Source of the DNA: Smithellaceae bacterium
GTDB lineage: Bacteria; Desulfobacterota; Syntrophia; Syntrophales; Smithellaceae
Assembly: GCA_963682105.1 (NCBI GenBank)
Contig: OY821638.1
Location: 570,801 to 634,800, forward strand
DNA: 64,000 nt
Reading direction: 5' to 3'
The notes beneath the pieces were generated by a model. It was not told where the DNA came from. It did no database searches and worked only from the letters and a program-made list of their open reading frames with translations. The position numbers and the translations under genes were made by a program. This document shows positions 58,051-64,000 of the stretch, one piece after another. Within the stretch, counting starts at the first letter, position 1. Each line of letters opens with the position of its first letter.

Positions 58051-59537
58051 ACAACAAAGTGACCATTCGTCGACTCGCCACCGGTGTACCTGGGCTGGAT
58101 GCCATCCTGGGTGGCGGTCTGCCGGAGTTCTCATTCAACATCATTGTGGGGCCTCCGGGTTCCGGCAAGACGACACTGGCACACCAAATCATGTTCGCCC
58201 TGGCAACTCGCGAAAATCCGGCGCTGTTTTTCACCGTGCTCGGCGAGCCGCCCTTGAAGATGCTGCGTTACCAGCAGCAGTTCTCGTTTTTCGAACCGGT
58301 CATGATCAATGAATCCATTCGCTTCATCGATTTACATCATGAGGTCTCGACGGGCAATTTCGGCCAGGTGCTGGCGCGCATCACACAGGATGTTAAGGCA
58401 TCCTCTCCCGGGCTGGTTTTTGTCGATTCATTCCGCTCGCTCATGCTGGAGGCGCGACACCATGCAAAAGGCGAGATCAGCCTGCAACAGTTTATTTCGC
58501 AACTCGGGATACTTCTCGGCGGCTGGCAGGCCACCACCTTCCTGATCGGGGAATATTTGTCGGAGAGCGAACCCCATCCGGTCTTTACGGTGGCCGACGG
58601 CTTGCTGTCTCTGGAGCAAAGCGTCTACCGCAATTCGATGGTGCGCAGGCTGCAGGTTCTGAAAATGCGTGGACAGGCGACCCGCCCGGGGATGCATACA
58701 TTCCGCATCACCGGTGACGGGATCGAAGTCTTTCCGGCGGCTATTATTCGTGACGATGCCGGAGCAAGGCAGGAGGCCTCCGGATCGCTCACCGGCAAAA
58801 CAAGGCTCGCCATGGGCGTGCCGGGACTGGACGATATGCTGGGCGGCGGCTTGCCTTCGGGTTATTCACTCCTGGTCGCAGGGCCGTCCGGATCGGGCAA
58901 GACCATTCTTGCCACGGCCTTTCTGGCCGAAGGTGTACGCCGTGGCGAGCCGGGCGTCATCGTTGCGTTTGAGCAAACGCCAAGTCAGTCGCGGACCCGT
59001 ACACTCGACCACATGGTCCGTGCAGGACAAATCGGATTAATCAATACCCGCTCGCTGGATCTTTCGATCGATGAGATCGTTTCGCATTTAATTGCCCTCA
59101 TTCATCAGATGAAAGCCACCCGGGTGGTCATCGATTCACTTTCCGGATTCGAACTGGCGGTGGCGCCGAGCTTTCGCGAGGACTTTCGCGAGTCTCTGTT
59201 CCGGATGGTCGCCGTGCTGTCCAACATCGGTGTCACGGTGCTGATGACGTCGGAACTTGAAGACCGCTATACCGATTTGCGGTTCAGTCCTTACGGATCC
59301 GCATTTCTCACCGACGCGATCATCGTCCAGCGTTACATCGAGATCGGAAGCCGCCTGAAGCGCGTTCTGGCAATCGTCAAAGTGCGGGGCAGCACCCACA
59401 GCAATGAGCTCCGACAGTTTGAAATCACCGATGAAGGCATCATCATTGGCAAGCCGGTGCTTGATTATGATGGGCTCCTGGGCGGACGGCCGACGCGGGC
59501 GCCTGCATCTGATATCTTCCAGCAAGGTAACCCGTAA
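58047..59537 (+). CDS. KaiC-like double RecA-domain ATPase
   Basis: 496 aa with two tandem domains, each containing GVPGLDxxLGGGLP plus a Walker A (GPPGSGKTT; GPSGSGKTI) and a Walker B (LVFVDSF; RVVIDSL). The C-terminal KVRGSTHSNELRQFEITDEGI matches the KaiC/RadA-like pattern. Confidence 0.88.
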   Translation: MNNKVTIRRLATGVPGLDAILGGGLPEFSFNIIVGPPGSGKTTLAHQIMFALATRENPALFFTVLGEPPLKMLRYQQQFSFFEPVMINESIRFIDLHHEVSTGNFGQVLARITQDVKASSPGLVFVDSFRSLMLEARHHAKGEISLQQFISQLGILLGGWQATTFLIGEYLSESEPHPVFTVADGLLSLEQSVYRNSMVRRLQVLKMRGQATRPGMHTFRITGDGIEVFPAAIIRDDAGARQEASGSLTGKTRLAMGVPGLDDMLGGGLPSGYSLLVAGPSGSGKTILATAFLAEGVRRGEPGVIVAFEQTPSQSRTRTLDHMVRAGQIGLINTRSLDLSIDEIVSHLIALIHQMKATRVVIDSLSGFELAVAPSFREDFRESLFRMVAVLSNIGVTVLMTSELEDRYTDLRFSPYGSAFLTDAIIVQRYIEIGSRLKRVLAIVKVRGSTHSNELRQFEITDEGIIIGKPVLDYDGLLGGRPTRAPASDIFQQGNP

Positions 59538-61204
59538 TGAAAAAGAAGAAAGAAACTCCGGGGAAAGCCATGAACGGGCGGTCACTTGAGGGAAACGAAA
59601 ATACTCTGTTTCCCGCCTCTGCGTCCAGTTCCTTCATCGCCTCACGTGAGTCGACCGTCCTTATTCGTGAAGAGTCTGACAGCTTGCGCAGGGATATTGC
59701 GGACCTGCGGAAAGAAGCGGCAAACCTTCGCCGGGAAACCGCCGACCTGCGGAAGAAATTACTTCACACCAGGAGAAAGACTGCCGGGGCCAAAGCCGAG
59801 CTGGGCGCGCGCACCGAGGCATTGTTGCGTGAAGCGAATGAGCAGCTTGTCGTTGCGGCTATTCACGCCCAGACGATGAACGAGACCGCACAGCAGACCG
59901 CCCTTCAGATGACCCACATGGCCAAACACGACTTTCTTACAGGTTTACCAAACCGTATGCTGCTCAACGACCGCCTGGAGCGGTCCATTGCGCTGGCTAA
60001 ACGTCAGGGCAAGAAGGTCGCACTGATGTATATGGACGTCGATCACTTCAAGCACATCAATGATTCGCTCGGGCATATGATCGGCGACCAGCTTTTACAG
60101 TGCATTGCCAAGCGCCTGTATGCCTGCGTTCGCCTCTCGGATACCGTCAGCCGCCTGGGGGGCGACGAATTCGTGGTGCTTCTGGCCGATGTTGAGGATG
60201 CGCATGGCGCCGCTCTCACCGCTCAAAAGCTGATCGAAGCCATGGCCGAACCCCATCTCATCGGCATCCACAGGCTCCACGTCACCCTCAGTATCGGCAT
60301 CAGCCTCTACCCGGACAACGGCAAGGACATTGAATCGGTGATTCGCAACGCCGACACCGCGATGTATCATGCCAAGAAAAAAGGACGAAACAACTACCAG
60401 GTATTCACACCGGACATGAAAGTCCGCGCGGTGAAAAGGCAATTCGTTAAGCAGGCGCTGCACCGCGCACTCGAACAAAATAAATTTGTATTGCATTACC
60501 AGCCAAAGGTAAATCTCGCAACCGGCGCGATTACCGGCGCCGAAGCGCTGCTGCGCTGGCAGCGATCCAATCAGCGGATCGCCTACCCGGCGCAGTTTTT
60601 GAGCGTCGCCGAAGAGAGCGGCCTCATTGGGCCGATTGGCCAGTGGGCGCTCGGCGAAGCCTGCCGTCAGGCGCAAGTCTGGCTGCAATCCGGCCTTGAT
60701 TTCGGTCAGATGGCCGTCAACATCTCGGCGATGGAGTTCCAGGGAAAGGATTTTTTTGCCGGCGTGCAGAACATCCTCAAGAACACCGGTCTGGATCCCC
60801 ATCACCTCACCTTAGAGCTGACCGAAACGGGAATGATGCAGGACACACAACAAACGATGGATATCTTGCAAACACTGAAAGATCTTGGCGTAAAGATTGC
60901 CATCGATGACTTCGGCACTGGCTATTCCAGCCTGAGCTATTTGCGCAGTTTCCCGATCGACGAACTCAAGATTGACCAGTCTTTCGTGCAGGCTATCGAC
61001 AGTGATGAAGGCGATGCCATCGTCAGCGCCGTCATTGCAATCGGCAAGAGCCTCAAGCAGCAAGTCGTGGCCGAGGGCATCGAAACAAATAAACAGCTTG
61101 CCTTCCTCCAATCCCGGCATTGTGCTGAGGGACAAGGTTATTACTTCGGCTGCCCCGTACCTGCCGAAGGATTCACCGCATTGCTGGCAGGCGTCAGGCA
61201 TTAA
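59537..61204 (+). CDS. Coiled-coil + GGDEF + EAL domain protein (c-di-GMP turnover)
   Basis: 555 aa. The N-terminus is Arg/Leu-rich coiled coil with repeated DLRKEAANLRRETADLRKK. An intact GGDEF motif (RLGGDEFVV) with an upstream RxxD-like region is present, along with EAL motifs (EALLRW, DDFGTGYSSLSYL, KIDQSF, EGIE). The ATG overlaps the KaiC-like stop by 1 nt. Confidence 0.88.
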   Translation: MKKKKETPGKAMNGRSLEGNENTLFPASASSSFIASRESTVLIREESDSLRRDIADLRKEAANLRRETADLRKKLLHTRRKTAGAKAELGARTEALLREANEQLVVAAIHAQTMNETAQQTALQMTHMAKHDFLTGLPNRMLLNDRLERSIALAKRQGKKVALMYMDVDHFKHINDSLGHMIGDQLLQCIAKRLYACVRLSDTVSRLGGDEFVVLLADVEDAHGAALTAQKLIEAMAEPHLIGIHRLHVTLSIGISLYPDNGKDIESVIRNADTAMYHAKKKGRNNYQVFTPDMKVRAVKRQFVKQALHRALEQNKFVLHYQPKVNLATGAITGAEALLRWQRSNQRIAYPAQFLSVAEESGLIGPIGQWALGEACRQAQVWLQSGLDFGQMAVNISAMEFQGKDFFAGVQNILKNTGLDPHHLTLELTETGMMQDTQQTMDILQTLKDLGVKIAIDDFGTGYSSLSYLRSFPIDELKIDQSFVQAIDSDEGDAIVSAVIAIGKSLKQQVVAEGIETNKQLAFLQSRHCAEGQGYYFGCPVPAEGFTALLAGVRH

Positions 61205-61232
61205 CCGCGCGATCGTTTCCCGCGAACGTGTC

Positions 61233-61248
61233 CCTCAATATATTGAGG
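61233..61248. promoter_or_regulatory. Perfect 16-bp palindrome CCTCAATATATTGAGG (copy B)
   Basis: Identical palindrome to copy A, again exactly 133 bp upstream of a sigma-54 element (61366). Confidence 0.5.
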
Positions 61249-61365
61249 CCCCGCTAAATATGGAGGTCAAATCAATGATTGCACGCTGCTTTATGACTCT
61301 CTGCCCCTCAACCTAAGATTATGTATTTAATACATTATTGTAACTATTTATTATTTTTTACTTGT

Positions 61366-61381
61366 TGGCAGGCCCTTTGCA
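61366..61381 (+). promoter_or_regulatory. Sigma-54 promoter (TGGCAG-N5-TTGCA)
   Basis: TGGCAGgccctTTGCA is a near-perfect match to the -24/-12 consensus. Confidence 0.65.
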
Positions 61382-61505
61382 GCAATGATTTCAGAAACGA
61401 CCATGAGTGAGGATAACCAAGAAATACTTTTCTTAAAACCCAACCCGGCTCAAAACACACTCATCCAGCATGGAGATGAACATATTAATAAGGAGGAAAC
61501 ATTGC

Positions 61506-61847
61506 ATGAATATTATAAAACATTTATTTTTTCAGAGTCTGGTCCTGACATTTCTATTATCGGGATTTAATGTTTTTGCCGCCGACCAATCCATTTGCCA
61601 TTCCGGAGCAAAAATCCTGCTTTATAACAACGGGTCCCTGCAAACGTGCCAACTCAAAGATGATTACGATACAAACAGCATCCAGTGTAAAGGAAATGCT
61701 CAAATTAATTATTATAACAACGGCAATCTGGAATCTTGTGTGCTCGCCAGATCGGCCAGCATCGGTATGATTAAATGCCGGGGAAATGGGATCATTACTT
61801 TCTTCATAGACGGCAATTTGAAATCATGCACGAAACCGGACAACTAA
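61506..61847 (+). CDS. Secreted Cys-containing repeat protein (three NGxLxxC repeats)
   Basis: Start at MNIIKHLFF, preceded by AAGGAGG. It has a signal peptide (FNVFA/ADQ) and three repeats of roughly 30 aa: LLYNNGSLQTCQL, INYYNNGNLESCVL and ITFFIDGNLKSCT. These are loosely like MORN-variant/YwqK repeats. Confidence 0.6.
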   Translation: MNIIKHLFFQSLVLTFLLSGFNVFAADQSICHSGAKILLYNNGSLQTCQLKDDYDTNSIQCKGNAQINYYNNGNLESCVLARSASIGMIKCRGNGIITFFIDGNLKSCTKPDN

Positions 61848-61869
61848 GAATAGCAGAAAGGAGATATTT

Positions 61870-62208
61870 ATGATGACAGAGCAGGAAAAACACATGGATC
61901 ATTTATTCGTCGGATTACTAATCGGCGGCGCTTTAGGCGCATTGGCAGGCATTCTCTTCGCACCAAAACCGGGAAAACAATTGAGGTCTGAAATCAAAGA
62001 GAAGGGAAACTCGATTTTGAAGGATGCCATGGATATTTATGACGAGGCCAACATGAAAGCAAAAGAGATCATTGAAGAAGCAAGGCATCAAGCGGCGGAG
62101 TTGAAAAAGGACGCCAATCGACATCTCTCGGAGACGAGCCTGAAAACCAAAGCAATCTTGGCCCGGCATGAAAATAAGCAGACGGAGGCCGGCGCCGAGG
62201 AACATTGA
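61870..62208 (+). CDS. YtxH domain-containing protein
   Basis: 112 aa with the TM helix LLIGGALGALAGILFAPKPGKQLR followed by a charged helical region. AAAGGAG RBS upstream. Confidence 0.72.
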   Translation: MMTEQEKHMDHLFVGLLIGGALGALAGILFAPKPGKQLRSEIKEKGNSILKDAMDIYDEANMKAKEIIEEARHQAAELKKDANRHLSETSLKTKAILARHENKQTEAGAEEH

Positions 62209-62224
62209 ACCATCGGGGGAAAAA

Positions 62225-64000
62225 ATGCGCGGCTGGAATTATTCACCCGCCGACAGTAACGCTATTGGCCTTGCGCGTAACTGCCGGCGGGATTTCCTGA
62301 ATGCTTTGCGGAAATACCGGCGTATCCGCAAAGTTCCGGGCCGTTTGCACTGGTTGCGCGGCGTTGTTTACGTTCTTGCGTGTACATCGGTTGTTACGCT
62401 TACGCTGGTTGCCATCGGATTACATCACATCTATCTGGACCGAACCAACCTGCCTGTCATAGAATCATTGACGCGTTTTGAGTTTCCCACCATAGGACAC
62501 GTTTACGACGCCGATGGTCAGCCGCTTCTGGAGCTGGCCAGAGAATACCGGTTGAACATCAAATATCAGGACATCCCACCGATTGTCCGTGATGCGATTC
62601 TTGCCGCAGAAGACAAGAACTTCTTCACGCACAGCGGCATTGATTATTCCGTCATTCCTCGCGTCCTTAGCAAAATCAGGATGGGGACTCTGACGGCAAG
62701 ACTTATAACATTCGGTAAGAAAGATGAGCTGAAAAGCGAACCGATTTTCCCGCATGGAGGATCAACCATTACGCAGCAACTCGTACGCGGTCATTTTCTT
62801 AAAGACCTGACCGCCTTCGAAAACATGACCACTCAGGAAAACAGAGATCAGCTCAGCCAGGGAATGTTTCCGGTCCGCGCACTGTCTTATATAATCAGCT
62901 CCAGGAGCATCAACATGATGGTTCGGAAGCTGGAGGAAATTCGTCTGTCTTTATGGGTCGAAAACGAGATGCAGGCGCATTTCGGATCGAAACGCCGCGC
63001 CAAAGAAGAAATTTTAGCCCGATACGCCAGTTTAATTTATATGGGAAACGGTCAATATGGCTTTGAAGCGGCGGCGCAATATTATTTCGGCCGGCCGCTT
63101 GCCACCTTCACCACCGATGATGCTGACAAGGCGGCGCTACTGGCCTCCATCGCCAAGTCACCCCACAACTACGCGCCCGGGGCAAAAAATACCGGTAGAA
63201 TCCTGCAACGGAGAAATCAAAGTCTTGCGCTCATGGCAGCCAATGGTTTTATTTCTCCAGACAGGTTGCAGGAAGCAAGACAGCGCCCGATTGATCCTCC
63301 CGTACGGCACAAGAACAAAACGTTCCCGGGGCCGGCGGTCGTTGGAAATACTCTGGATGAACTCAAAGGCTTTGCCGCCGGATTCGGCATTGAGGATCTT
63401 CGAAATGGGCGCATCCAGGTCTACACAACGGTGGACTCACGTGTACAGCAAATTGTGGATGCTGCACTGGAGTACGGTCTTGCACGTTACGAAAAGCGTC
63501 ACCCGGCTGCCAGGGGGCTCATCCAGGGCTCCGTCGTTGTGCTGAAGAACCGCGATGCGAGGATCCTTGCCGAAACGGGCGGCCGTCAATTTTACCAGGA
63601 CCGTTCGAACTCTTACAATGACTTTAACCGCGTCACAAAGTCTTTGCGGCAACCGGGGTCCGCCATGAAACCGATTGTTTATCTCGCTGCTTTTCAGCAG
63701 GGAATATTTCATCTGGATTCGCTGATTCCCGACGATCCCATCAGCGTGCTCGACGGCGGAAACATGAAAGAAAAATGGATATCAAACTACGATGGTCAAT
63801 TCAAAGGCCTGATTCCGCTTCGGGAGGCGCTTGCGGAATCCAGAAACGCGGCCACCATTTGGATTACCCGGCAGATTGGTATTGAAAGCGTTATCTGGAC
63901 AGCGCAGGGTTTGGGAATACAAACGCCGCTTAAGCCCTACGTCACAACCGCTCTGGGAGCGTCCGAAGTGAATCTCCTGGAACTGGCCAATGCCTACCGC
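62225..64000 (+). CDS. Class A penicillin-binding protein (PBP1A-type transglycosylase/transpeptidase), 3' end outside the window
   Basis: Not in the ORF track because it runs off the window. Manual translation from ATG 62225 stays open to 64000 (592 codons). GT51 motifs AEDKNFFTHSGID, GGSTITQQL and RKLEE are present, along with the transpeptidase SxxK motif (GSAMKP). Confidence 0.88.
   Translation, partial: MRGWNYSPADSNAIGLARNCRRDFLNALRKYRRIRKVPGRLHWLRGVVYVLACTSVVTLTLVAIGLHHIYLDRTNLPVIESLTRFEFPTIGHVYDADGQPLLELAREYRLNIKYQDIPPIVRDAILAAEDKNFFTHSGIDYSVIPRVLSKIRMGTLTARLITFGKKDELKSEPIFPHGGSTITQQLVRGHFLKDLTAFENMTTQENRDQLSQGMFPVRALSYIISSRSINMMVRKLEEIRLSLWVENEMQAHFGSKRRAKEEILARYASLIYMGNGQYGFEAAAQYYFGRPLATFTTDDADKAALLASIAKSPHNYAPGAKNTGRILQRRNQSLALMAANGFISPDRLQEARQRPIDPPVRHKNKTFPGPAVVGNTLDELKGFAAGFGIEDLRNGRIQVYTTVDSRVQQIVDAALEYGLARYEKRHPAARGLIQGSVVVLKNRDARILAETGGRQFYQDRSNSYNDFNRVTKSLRQPGSAMKPIVYLAAFQQGIFHLDSLIPDDPISVLDGGNMKEKWISNYDGQFKGLIPLREALAESRNAATIWITRQIGIESVIWTAQGLGIQTPLKPYVTTALGASEVNLLELANAYR

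Overview
This is a 64-kb chromosomal window of roughly 50% GC, and its gene content resembles an anaerobic Desulfobacterota (deltaproteobacterial) genome. All calls come from by-eye reading of the ORF translations and the DNA. No searches or computations were run, so family names are motif-based recognitions.

Most of the window is housekeeping: nadE, mazG, queA-tgt-yajC-secDF, lepB, pyrR-pyrB-pyrC with a PyrR attenuator, recO, glyQS, mutS, iorAB, a roo-rubredoxin-rubrerythrin oxygen-defence cluster, tRNA-Asn and a truncated class A PBP.

Five things stand out:
1. There are two paralogous GAF + T2SSE_N + GspE/PilB-type ATPases with no secretion or pilus partner genes nearby. The first (29351-31651) has intact catalytic motifs. 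The second (43574-46174) has every catalytic motif degenerate. It sits behind a sigma-54 promoter with a receiver-only response regulator, directly downstream of a histidine kinase / NtrC-type activator pair.
2. A direct repeat of about 0.86 kb (31751-32612 and 38748-39608) carries a conserved upstream element, a sigma-54-like promoter, two small membrane-protein genes and a terminator. The two copies bracket a 6-kb GntR-regulated cassette (FGGY kinase, AGPS-like flavoprotein, GlpD-like dehydrogenase).
3. Downstream of tRNA-Asn lies an operon encoding an unknown 170-aa protein, a KaiC-like double-RecA ATPase and a GGDEF-EAL protein. A ~50-bp repeat containing the perfect palindrome CCTCAATATATTGAGG occurs on both sides of it, and each copy lies exactly 133 bp upstream of a strong sigma-54 -24/-12 element.
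4. An NRAMP-family transporter with a magnesium-type (NRMT-like) binding-site signature is paired with a soluble PRC + MgtE-N + CBS protein.
5. An 11-unit heptanucleotide tandem repeat lies in the adh/glyQ divergent intergenic region.

A 52-aa rubredoxin gene falls below the ORF-track cutoff and was found by manual translation.
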